Virus record (IMG/VR): IMGVR_UViG_3300020445_001331
Location: 1 to 52,569 of that record
Source: a virus
Taxonomy: Duplodnaviria > Caudoviricetes
Length of the DNA: 52,569 nucleotides
Reading direction: 5' to 3' (one strand)
Part shown: positions 27,064 through 35,225 of the stretch, piece after piece
How positions within the stretch are numbered: the stretch's first letter is position 1
Layout of the letters: every line of letters starts with the position of its first letter
Notes under the pieces: generated by a model
The model's input: only the letters and a program-made list of their open reading frames with translations
What the model was told of the DNA's origin: nothing
Databases searched by the model: none
Position numbers and translations under genes: made by a program

Positions 27064-27920
27064 TACAACACTCCTCTATCTATAATACGATTTAAACTAA
27101 ACTTATTCATTACGTGTATATTACTACCTTTTATACGCAATGGTGTGTATTCACCTAGGTGTGCTTCTTTTTCTAACAAAAAGAAAAAGTTATCACCTTC
27201 TAAATCCCATAAAATATCTCTATCAGCAGTATAATACTTTGTGCCTGGCATCTTATGAGCAAAATCTCCTGATTGATAACCATTCATTATATGTATTGCT
27301 ACACTAAACACATGGTCATTACGGAAAAGACCTCTATTGACTTGGAATATACTATTATAGTGATCCCAGTTTTCCTGAATGTGTTTTGTTAAATCAAAAA
27401 ATATTTTGTTTTCTGGTGACTTTCTAAAAAATATAACAGTAGCCCAATAAAAGTCTACACTTGTATCACTTATTTTTTGAAACTCATCTGTATTACGATG
27501 ACCAGTTAAGTCTTTTGCATCTTTAAATATTAAAAAATCATGATCTTGAGTAAAACAATGTTTGAATAAACTGTTTGCTATAATGTAATCACTATCTAAC
27601 AGTATTGTTTCATCATATGGACTTAACTCATATGCGTTTGTACGCATATCGTTTTTAAATTGTAAATGTTTTGCTACACCAGATCCATCAAAGTATCTTT
27701 TAGTAGTTGAGTTTGTTGTAAAAGGAACTTCTATTACTTGATCAAATACTTCTTTGTAATCTTTGTATTCGTTTTTAAGATATTCTATGCTATCAGTAAC
27801 GATAGTTGTAGGAATGTCTAAATATTTTTTGATTCTTTTTGCTGAATAGTGAGCTTGTTTAATATAATCAATTTGTGCGTTATTCCTTGCAAAAATTAAT
27901 GCACCTTTACTCTTCGTCAT
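27063..27920 (-). CDS. GT-A glycosyltransferase-like protein, paralog of 25865..26704
   Basis: GALIFA...AYELSPYDETILLDSDY...RND. Confidence 0.65.
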   Translation of the reverse strand: MTKSKGALIFARNNAQIDYIKQAHYSAKRIKKYLDIPTTIVTDSIEYLKNEYKDYKEVFDQVIEVPFTTNSTTKRYFDGSGVAKHLQFKNDMRTNAYELSPYDETILLDSDYIIANSLFKHCFTQDHDFLIFKDAKDLTGHRNTDEFQKISDTSVDFYWATVIFFRKSPENKIFFDLTKHIQENWDHYNSIFQVNRGLFRNDHVFSVAIHIMNGYQSGDFAHKMPGTKYYTADRDILWDLEGDNFFFLLEKEAHLGEYTPLRIKGSNIHVMNKFSLNRIIDRGVL

Positions 27921-28266
27921 GTTCTACCAACCCGGAGACCTTACGTTTAGATCTAAGTTTTTCATACTCCGTTTGGTATTCGTTTGCTGATACAAAATAT
28001 ATATTCATAATATCATCGAGAAATTCATTTAAATCTTTAATTCGAATGGGAGTATCGTTATCATCGATAATAACAATATTATTAGTATCGTCTTTTTCGC
28101 ACAGCATACCAACGAAAGTTAAAAGTTCTTGTGTTACAGAAAACTGACCTCCATTAAAATAATGGATTCTAGCTTCATAGAACTTTTCTTTAAGCACTCT
28201 TTTTTGGTTATTAAGAGTAACCATGTAATTAGAAAAATCTAAGGCTTTTTTTAAACGTTCGTCCAT
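27907..28266 (-). CDS. Hypothetical protein
   Basis: 119 aa with SD AGGAG; first gene after the 28267-28322 gap. Confidence 0.75.
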   Translation of the reverse strand: MDERLKKALDFSNYMVTLNNQKRVLKEKFYEARIHYFNGGQFSVTQELLTFVGMLCEKDDTNNIVIIDDNDTPIRIKDLNEFLDDIMNIYFVSANEYQTEYEKLRSKRKVSGLVEHDEE

Positions 28267-28290
28267 AATAGTCTCCTATGCTATAAGCAT

Positions 28291-28319
28291 ATTATACACT
28301 ATTTAGACAAAAAAATCAA
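28291..28319 (-). promoter_or_regulatory. Sigma70-like promoter TTGATT-N17-TATAAT with a CTAAATA motif in the spacer
   Basis: -35 at 28314-28319, -10 at 28291-28296, CTAAATA at 28300-28306. Confidence 0.5.
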
Positions 28320-28322
28320 CTG

Positions 28323-29213
28323 TTAGGTTAAGTTTGAACTGCCGTTTGTTGTATGTGTTGGGGTAGGTACTACAACGTATGTTCCAGTAGCACGTAATTG
28401 AGTAACTGTACTGTTTACAGTACCTAGTACATCTTCATCGTAGTTTGGATTTCCAGTATTTGCGTCATTCCATTCAGCTTGGAATTGGATTTGAGTAGTT
28501 CCAACTAGTTTAGCTTTTAGTGTCCAGTTGTTGGCCGCATACAAACCTGTACCATTTTTAGTGAAAAGTGTTTGTAAAGTAGTTGTAAGATCATGAAATC
28601 CTAAAGTTGATCCTGAACCTGACCCTGTTGCACTTGTTGAAGTGTAACCCATTTTAACTGTACCCATATTAACAAGCATAGTCATCCAATCAATAGTCTT
28701 TGCCGCGGCACCTACGTATGTAATATTACTTGCAAAACGTATTTCTCCACCTGCATTAAAAAATTGTCTTCTATGATCTGCTGTACTAAACGTAACATCT
28801 AATATATGAGTTAATGTTCCGTTCCAGCTTGTAGTATAACTAGCTGTTTTGGCCGCTTCTGCTGTACCTTGAGTACCGTGTATTTGAAATTTTTCGTTCT
28901 CTAAAGTAGTTGTTAAGTTTTCGAATTGAGCAACACCTTTTTTATTAACAGTATCGCTATCTAAAATTGTTGAACCTGCACCAATTATAGCTATTTCTGT
29001 AGGAGCAGTACCAGTTTGGTGTACTCTACCATTTGCTATATCAGTATAAAGTGTTGACATATGACTAGCAGTGATCGTAGTTGACGCACCTACTTGACTA
29101 GAATTCAATGCTTGACCATATCCGTCATCACCTGAACCTGTACCTAGGATTGTTTCTACTCTTGATTGCAAGTTGTTGTACCTTGCCGCTGTAATAATAT
29201 CACCAATTGCCAT
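28323..29213 (-). CDS. Putative virion structural protein
   Basis: Thr/Gly/Ser-rich composition; last gene of the structural run. Confidence 0.65.
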   Translation of the reverse strand: MAIGDIITAARYNNLQSRVETILGTGSGDDGYGQALNSSQVGASTTITASHMSTLYTDIANGRVHQTGTAPTEIAIIGAGSTILDSDTVNKKGVAQFENLTTTLENEKFQIHGTQGTAEAAKTASYTTSWNGTLTHILDVTFSTADHRRQFFNAGGEIRFASNITYVGAAAKTIDWMTMLVNMGTVKMGYTSTSATGSGSGSTLGFHDLTTTLQTLFTKNGTGLYAANNWTLKAKLVGTTQIQFQAEWNDANTGNPNYDEDVLGTVNSTVTQLRATGTYVVVPTPTHTTNGSSNLT

Positions 29214-29217
29214 TAGT

Positions 29218-30708
29218 TTAAACCTTTAATAATACTTCAACTAATTTTTCTTCTTCGTCTTCTTTAGTTTCTAAGGCAATACCCATTACTTGTCCGTCAT
29301 CGTGTATTTGTGTTCCTACACCATCAACGTTTGCATAGATTGGCTTACCTTTGAAAATAGGTCCTGTACATCTTACTGGAACTCTACCTTTTAAAGCAAC
29401 TGCTTGACCGTCTGCATCTGCATTCATCAAGTAAGCTGGTTTCTCTGATATAACTCCTACTGGAATATCTGTCATCTCACATGGTTTAAGTTCTTCACTT
29501 ATATCAGCATCTTCTAAACCATCTGCAACTGCAACAATAGTTCCAACTGCTAAATCACCTGTATGAGTTGTATATTTCTCTGCCAAGTCAGCATATTGAG
29601 CCTGTGAAGCTGTTCCTGTAAATATGTTTGCTACTAAATTTCCTGATCCATCTCTAACTGCTACTGTATTATTAGTAGCTGAAGTAGATCCTGAACGATT
29701 GTTTGCACCTACTTGTAAAGTAGAAGCTGTAGAAGCCGTTCCGCTAAATGTAGTTGCGTACATTGTGTTAAATTTAGCTGTTGAAGTTCCTATGTTAAAC
29801 GTATTATCAGCTGATGGTCTCATATCAGTTGAATATATGTGTAAAGGATCATATGGAGCACCGCCCATATTGTCAACTCTAAACTTAATAACTGTACCTA
29901 CGTCATTTTGTATAACGCCTTCGTTATCGTTTTCAATAAAAATCTTAAGATCGTTACTGTCACCTATTGAAATACCAGCATCTGCAAAGTTAACTAGTGA
30001 AGTAAATGATCCTGAACCTGCTAATGCAAAGTCTGAAGCACTATATCCACCAAGTTTTAATGAGTTACTAGCAGTTCCCCAATAGTAATCTGTTGAACTT
30101 GTAACACCGCCTGTTGCGTTTTGTGTATTTCTTAGGGTTAAACCTTTTTTAACAACGTCAAATCCTGTAACTGCATTACTAGGATCTGTTGAATCAATAG
30201 TAAATGCAACTGAACTAATCATGTAAATTACTTCGTCACTAACAATGGCTTGAATGACTACTCTATTTGTATTAGTTGTATCTCTGATTGTTACAGTTTT
30301 CATCTGTGTTACAGTAGTACCTGAACCTTGTGGTCCAACTAATACGTAACCAGTTCCGTTGTATGCGTATAATTGTTCGTTTGTGCTATCCCACCATAAA
30401 TCACCAGTAGCTAAACCAGCCGGTTGTGTTGCACTTACTTCTGCTCCACCTGTAGTTCTAAACTTAGAACCATCATAAAATTTAAGTTTAGATGCTGTTG
30501 CATCAAACCAAATTTGCCCTGAAATTGCTTTAGGTGGTTGTGAAGTTCCGCTAAAATTCTCTAGCAGATGTAAAAAATTCTCATTCTGTATCTCACCGTA
30601 TCCTGCGTAGTTTTTACCTACTAGCTTGATATCGGTAGTTTGATCTACGGTACCATCTTCAACTGTTGTTAAAGTTACTCCGCTGTATCTATCTATAGTA
30701 TATGCCAT
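29218..30708 (-). CDS. Tail/baseplate fibre protein with C-terminal ADLAEKY (peptidase G2/chaperone-like) domain
   Basis: Shared N-terminus GKNY.GYGE..NENFL.LLENF...GQ.W.D; C-terminal YADLAEKY...GVIS..PAYLMN...VALKGRVPV. Confidence 0.65.
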   Translation of the reverse strand: MAYTIDRYSGVTLTTVEDGTVDQTTDIKLVGKNYAGYGEIQNENFLHLLENFSGTSQPPKAISGQIWFDATASKLKFYDGSKFRTTGGAEVSATQPAGLATGDLWWDSTNEQLYAYNGTGYVLVGPQGSGTTVTQMKTVTIRDTTNTNRVVIQAIVSDEVIYMISSVAFTIDSTDPSNAVTGFDVVKKGLTLRNTQNATGGVTSSTDYYWGTASNSLKLGGYSASDFALAGSGSFTSLVNFADAGISIGDSNDLKIFIENDNEGVIQNDVGTVIKFRVDNMGGAPYDPLHIYSTDMRPSADNTFNIGTSTAKFNTMYATTFSGTASTASTLQVGANNRSGSTSATNNTVAVRDGSGNLVANIFTGTASQAQYADLAEKYTTHTGDLAVGTIVAVADGLEDADISEELKPCEMTDIPVGVISEKPAYLMNADADGQAVALKGRVPVRCTGPIFKGKPIYANVDGVGTQIHDDGQVMGIALETKEDEEEKLVEVLLKV

Positions 30709-30729
30709 TGTTATTAACCCCTATGTTAG

Positions 30730-30737
30730 TATTTATC
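30730..30737 (-). promoter_or_regulatory. Late-promoter-like GATAAATA
   Basis: In a 31-bp gap, upstream of SD AGGGG and the ATG at 30708. Confidence 0.55.
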
Positions 30738-30739
30738 TT

Positions 30740-32557
30740 TTACCATAGCCCGCCGCTACTACCTAAATCAGTGTCAAACACCCAGGCACTTGCTTGTACT
30801 TTGAACCGCTTTAATCCTCTAGCAACTGATGAACTTACAGTACCAGAGGCGTTACTAAACGCAATATCCTGTAAAACGCTCTCGTTTTGTACACCATTGG
30901 CATCTACAGCGATAAAAGACTTACTAGCAACCGTGTTTATATCAATACCACTTACAGTAGCACCTGTTAATGTGCTTGTTGGTACATAAGCATATGAACC
31001 CGTCTTTTTAGTTGCCGCCGGATAAATGTCCTCAATAATTGTAGCAATATTGGCATTACTTAATCCTGTAATATCTAATGGTACAATTACTGGCTCATTA
31101 TCCAGTGAGTCGTCTACGTAAAATTTTGTTGCCGCATCTTGGTCAGCAGTTGGATTAGCCATACCAGATATTTTCTGGTTATTAGTAATAGATATTGCAC
31201 CATCACTTGTTATTTGTAATCCGCTACCTGATGTTGTTATAGCATAATTATTAATTGTAACGTTATCAACTGATAATGTAGATAATGTTCCAACTTGAGT
31301 AAGTCCTAATGCTTGAGTTACACTAGAACCTAGTGCAGTTTCAGTTAAAACTGTGTTACCGTTAACTTTGTAACCTCTAGTTGCTCCTAAATCAATGTTT
31401 TCACTTGATGTCCAAGCCTGCTCTGCATTACGCCATATAAATTCTTTATCTAAATCTGAAGATTTTAAAATAATACCACCACCGTCTACTGCGGCGTTAT
31501 CACCTGTTGAACTATCTGATTGTATAGCAAGTTCAATGTTTTTATCTTCAACTCTTAAGTTACCAACATCTACGTTAAATGTTGAACCTAATACTTTTAA
31601 GTTACCATCAATAGTTGCATCACCGCCAACGTGTAAAGTTGCTGTTGGAGTAGTTTTAAATATTCCCATATATGATACATCTGTATCAATTACAATAGCA
31701 TCAACGTAACCTGTAGTTTTTCTAACTCTAACTTTCCAGTCATGATTGGATAGTTGGTTTTCACTTACATATGAAGTTCCTACAATCTTTTGAATATTAT
31801 TTTGTGCAGGACCTACTGTAAGTCCTCCACTATTACTAATTGTTAATGCACCTGTTGTAGTTCCTGATGCATCAGCTGGTAAAAACTGTGCCGCACTTTT
31901 CTCAACGCCTTGTGCGTTAATTAAGTTAAGTGCCGCATTTGATACACCTCTGTAAACTGTACCTGTTGATGTTGAATCAATAGGTGTAAATCCTTTTTTA
32001 ATATTTCCAGTAATTCCTGATATAGTATAACCTACTGCTGGAGTAAATTCTTCGTTAGCCCAAACACCCATTAATGTACCACCTATGTACATTTTAATAA
32101 GCACCTTGCTATTGTTTTGTGTATCTAATGCTGTAAATGTTTCAAATCCTGTTTTACCTTGCTGTGCAGTATAAACTGGACCTGCTAATTCTAAATCAGT
32201 TCCATCATAAAAGTAAAGTTGGTTAGTTAAACTGTTTAACCAAAGGTCACCTGCAACTAAACTACTTGGTTGAGCTGTTGCAACAATAGGTCCACCACTT
32301 TCTCTAAATGATGTTCCATCATAAACTTTAATTCTTCCCTGTGACTTATCATACCATAGTTGTCCTATTAAAGGAACACTAGGTGCTGAAGTGTTAGCAA
32401 AATTTTCTAACATCTTGATTTGGTTTTCGTTTAACGTTTCACCAAACCCTGAATAGTTCTTTCCAATAAGACCAATACTTGTTGTAGTAGTATCTAATGA
32501 ACCATCAACTAAATCTACGAGTAATGTGCCGTCAGTTTTGTTTAGCTTATAACTCAT
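30740..32557 (-). CDS. Tail/baseplate fibre-like structural protein
   Basis: Same N-terminal domain (GKNYSGFGETLNEN...GQLWYD); fibre-type motif PTADQDAATKFYVD. Confidence 0.65.
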   Translation of the reverse strand: MSYKLNKTDGTLLVDLVDGSLDTTTTSIGLIGKNYSGFGETLNENQIKMLENFANTSAPSVPLIGQLWYDKSQGRIKVYDGTSFRESGGPIVATAQPSSLVAGDLWLNSLTNQLYFYDGTDLELAGPVYTAQQGKTGFETFTALDTQNNSKVLIKMYIGGTLMGVWANEEFTPAVGYTISGITGNIKKGFTPIDSTSTGTVYRGVSNAALNLINAQGVEKSAAQFLPADASGTTTGALTISNSGGLTVGPAQNNIQKIVGTSYVSENQLSNHDWKVRVRKTTGYVDAIVIDTDVSYMGIFKTTPTATLHVGGDATIDGNLKVLGSTFNVDVGNLRVEDKNIELAIQSDSSTGDNAAVDGGGIILKSSDLDKEFIWRNAEQAWTSSENIDLGATRGYKVNGNTVLTETALGSSVTQALGLTQVGTLSTLSVDNVTINNYAITTSGSGLQITSDGAISITNNQKISGMANPTADQDAATKFYVDDSLDNEPVIVPLDITGLSNANIATIIEDIYPAATKKTGSYAYVPTSTLTGATVSGIDINTVASKSFIAVDANGVQNESVLQDIAFSNASGTVSSSVARGLKRFKVQASAWVFDTDLGSSGGLW

Positions 32558-34581
32558 ATCGCTGTGTTCTCCCCTGCGTACATAATATAGTTAACAGTCA
32601 TGTACGGATTCATTATGTCTACTGCTGTACCTAATGCGTTGTTTGTTAGTACTCCACCTGATGTAGCATACGCCTGACCTTGGCCAGTTCCTGTTGGAGC
32701 GTCATATTGTATACCTTGTGGATCGTTTGGAACGCCACTAATATCTCTTATTGTGTAATATTGATCTCCACTTGGTCCTCTTAAATCGTGTTCGTGTTCT
32801 GGTAAGTTAGTAACTGCAAGACTTCTGTTCTGTTGTCCTTCAACTGAACCTATTGTGTCTGCCGCCGCTGATGTAACAACGTTAGCTGAACCACCGCCCA
32901 TGTTATCTTTACCTAATGCAAATCTACCTCTTAAATCAGGTAATGCAAATTTACCTGCCGCTACAAGTGATTGATCTTTAAAGTTGTAACCTATTACATT
33001 AAACAAGTTTTGATATTCTGCAATAGTAACTTCTTGTCCATAACATAATACCCAATCAGTTGGAGCAGTATCTCCACCATATGGAGTTATCATTCCAATT
33101 GGTAATGTAGGAATTGATTTAAACAAGTTAGTTCTTGAAATTTTATAAACGCCTGTGTCACCAGTAACTCTATTAACTAATATTTCATCTGAAGTTAATG
33201 AGCTTGATAATTCTGTTTTATTTGCAACAAAGCTATTTGAAATAGATGTTGTAAATGTTTTAGTACTTGCATCTTGTCCGTCAAATGTAAATGACGGTGC
33301 AGTTACATCACCATTCATTTGGAATGTTGTTGAACTTGCAAGTTTGTCTGTTGATCCAGAACGTCCTGAAACTGTTCCTGTAACGTTACCTGTTACGTTA
33401 CCTATAAAGTTTTGTGAATAAACATTTAACCATTGTTCGTTAGCTGTACCTAAATTACGTGCTGTATTTGAATTAGGAACAATGTTTTGTGTTGTTAATA
33501 GTCCTGCTATATTTGAATCACCGCCAACAAATAATTTTTTAGCAATACCAACACCACCTTTAGTAATAATACTACCTGTTGCTATTGTTGAAGCATCTGT
33601 TGTACCGTCAACTAATAAAGCACTATCAGTTTGAATATTACCTGAAACGTCTAATGCTTGGTCTGGACTTAAATTATTAATACCAACTTTAGAAGTTGAA
33701 TCAAATCTCATTACAGTAGTTGTTGTACCGTTGTTGTTAACTCTAATGTCAATGTTTGAACCTGAAGTATTATGTCCTATAATACCTGCTTGTCCTTCAA
33801 TGCCCATAGTTAACGTACTTGATGCACCAACAGTTATACCACCGTTATTTTTTACAGTTATAGGATACAAACTTTGTGAGTTTGCATCGTTACGCATAAA
33901 GTTAGAAGCCGCTACTGAAGTTCCTCCAACAACTAATGCTTCTGCCTTTTCTGCCGTACCGTAATATTTTCCTGCACCAGCACCTGTAATATCTGCTGAA
34001 CTTAAATTAAATCCTGGATTAATAGTTGTGAAACCTGTAATTGTTGTCTTAGGTGTAAACGCCGCCGTTGAATAAATTGCTAATGTCTTTGCACTAACTT
34101 CAACAACTAAACAAGTGTAACTAACATTGTTAGTTCCTACTATTGTATCTGCTTTAACACCTGTTGATAATCCATCACTGAATGACGGACCAACTAGCAC
34201 CCAACCTGAACCTGTGTATAAAAATAATTGTTGGTTATCAGTATCAACCCAAAGGTCACCTGTTACTGATTGTGCCGCACCTGGTTGTGTTGTTGCTTTC
34301 TTTAATCCTGATGCACTAATCCATGTAGTACCATCGTAAAGTTTTAATTGATCAACACCTGGTGTATTATCATACCACAGTTGTCCTTCAACTGGGTTAC
34401 CTGGTGCTGTACTATTTGTAAAATTCTCTAATAAGTGTAAAAAGTTTTCAGCAATGGCTGTTCCATAGGCAGTTGTATTTCTACCTGGTAGTGACAAAGA
34501 CGTTGTTTGGTTAAGTGTATTATCCTCAACCGTTATGCTACCTTTGTTAGCTAGGTCTGTATGGTTTACTGTATAAGCCAT
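32554..34581 (-). CDS. Tail fibre protein with C-terminal phage tail-collar domain
   Basis: PIGMITPYGG..AP..WVLCYGQ...LF.VIG...FALPDLRGRF...NLPEHEH...NPYMTVNYIM. Confidence 0.8.
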   Translation of the reverse strand: MAYTVNHTDLANKGSITVEDNTLNQTTSLSLPGRNTTAYGTAIAENFLHLLENFTNSTAPGNPVEGQLWYDNTPGVDQLKLYDGTTWISASGLKKATTQPGAAQSVTGDLWVDTDNQQLFLYTGSGWVLVGPSFSDGLSTGVKADTIVGTNNVSYTCLVVEVSAKTLAIYSTAAFTPKTTITGFTTINPGFNLSSADITGAGAGKYYGTAEKAEALVVGGTSVAASNFMRNDANSQSLYPITVKNNGGITVGASSTLTMGIEGQAGIIGHNTSGSNIDIRVNNNGTTTTVMRFDSTSKVGINNLSPDQALDVSGNIQTDSALLVDGTTDASTIATGSIITKGGVGIAKKLFVGGDSNIAGLLTTQNIVPNSNTARNLGTANEQWLNVYSQNFIGNVTGNVTGTVSGRSGSTDKLASSTTFQMNGDVTAPSFTFDGQDASTKTFTTSISNSFVANKTELSSSLTSDEILVNRVTGDTGVYKISRTNLFKSIPTLPIGMITPYGGDTAPTDWVLCYGQEVTIAEYQNLFNVIGYNFKDQSLVAAGKFALPDLRGRFALGKDNMGGGSANVVTSAAADTIGSVEGQQNRSLAVTNLPEHEHDLRGPSGDQYYTIRDISGVPNDPQGIQYDAPTGTGQGQAYATSGGVLTNNALGTAVDIMNPYMTVNYIMYAGENTAI

Positions 34582-34584
34582 TTA

Positions 34585-35199
34585 TTACGCCTCGTTAAAA
34601 CCAGTTAAACTCTGTACTCTTACAGTATAGTCTATCTGAATTAGTCTGTTTAAACTTTTCTGTACCGGGTGGAATATAACGTGTGTTAGTAATCTACCTG
34701 TACCACTTGTTGCATAACTTACTAAACCTAACTCATCAAATACATACAAGCTGTTTGAACCTGTTGCATTATCTAAAGCATCTTGTCCACTTGGCTCACC
34801 ATAATCTAATAAGCAAGTAGCAACAATGTCTGTATAGTTTGTACCGCTAACGTGACGTGTTTCAATCTTATTTCTTGTAGGATCTGTGTTATTGATCGAA
34901 TTGTCATCTATTACTTTAGTGTAAGTTTGGTTGTACAAACTAGCATTTGTGCCTGTTGAGTTGGGTGAAAGGTATGTTATGATACCAGTTGGATCGACTG
35001 ATGTTCCACCATTACCAAAGTTCATGGAATATACCATTCCTTGCCCTTGGTTTGCTAAACTTTCTGCTAACGAAATACTCATGTTTTCGTAGTGTATAGC
35101 ATTACGTTTATCAACCAGAATTTCTCCGGTTTCCGGGTTATGTATCTTTATGTGTCCTTGCAAAAGAACTCCTGAATTATCTTTAAAATTGTCTATCAT
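34585..35199 (-). CDS. Putative virion/baseplate protein
   Basis: 204 aa within the structural operon; SD AGGA. Confidence 0.6.
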   Translation of the reverse strand: MIDNFKDNSGVLLQGHIKIHNPETGEILVDKRNAIHYENMSISLAESLANQGQGMVYSMNFGNGGTSVDPTGIITYLSPNSTGTNASLYNQTYTKVIDDNSINNTDPTRNKIETRHVSGTNYTDIVATCLLDYGEPSGQDALDNATGSNSLYVFDELGLVSYATSGTGRLLTHVIFHPVQKSLNRLIQIDYTVRVQSLTGFNEA

Positions 35200-35217
35200 A
35201 TTAATATCCTACAAGTG

Positions 35218-35225
35218 TATTTATT
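35218..35225 (-). promoter_or_regulatory. Late-promoter-like AATAAATA overlapping the stop of the giant ORF
   Basis: TAAATAAATAC upstream of the SD and ATG at 35199. Confidence 0.45.

Noticed and set aside
14351-27920. Bacterial LPS/capsule locus (cellular origin)
   Set aside because: No wzx/wzy/ABC exporter or housekeeping context; the region is continuous with baseplate and tail genes and shares their TAAATA motifs
28305-28325. Rho-independent terminator after the structural genes (T7 run on the minus strand)
   Set aside because: No convincing GC-rich stem precedes the T-run
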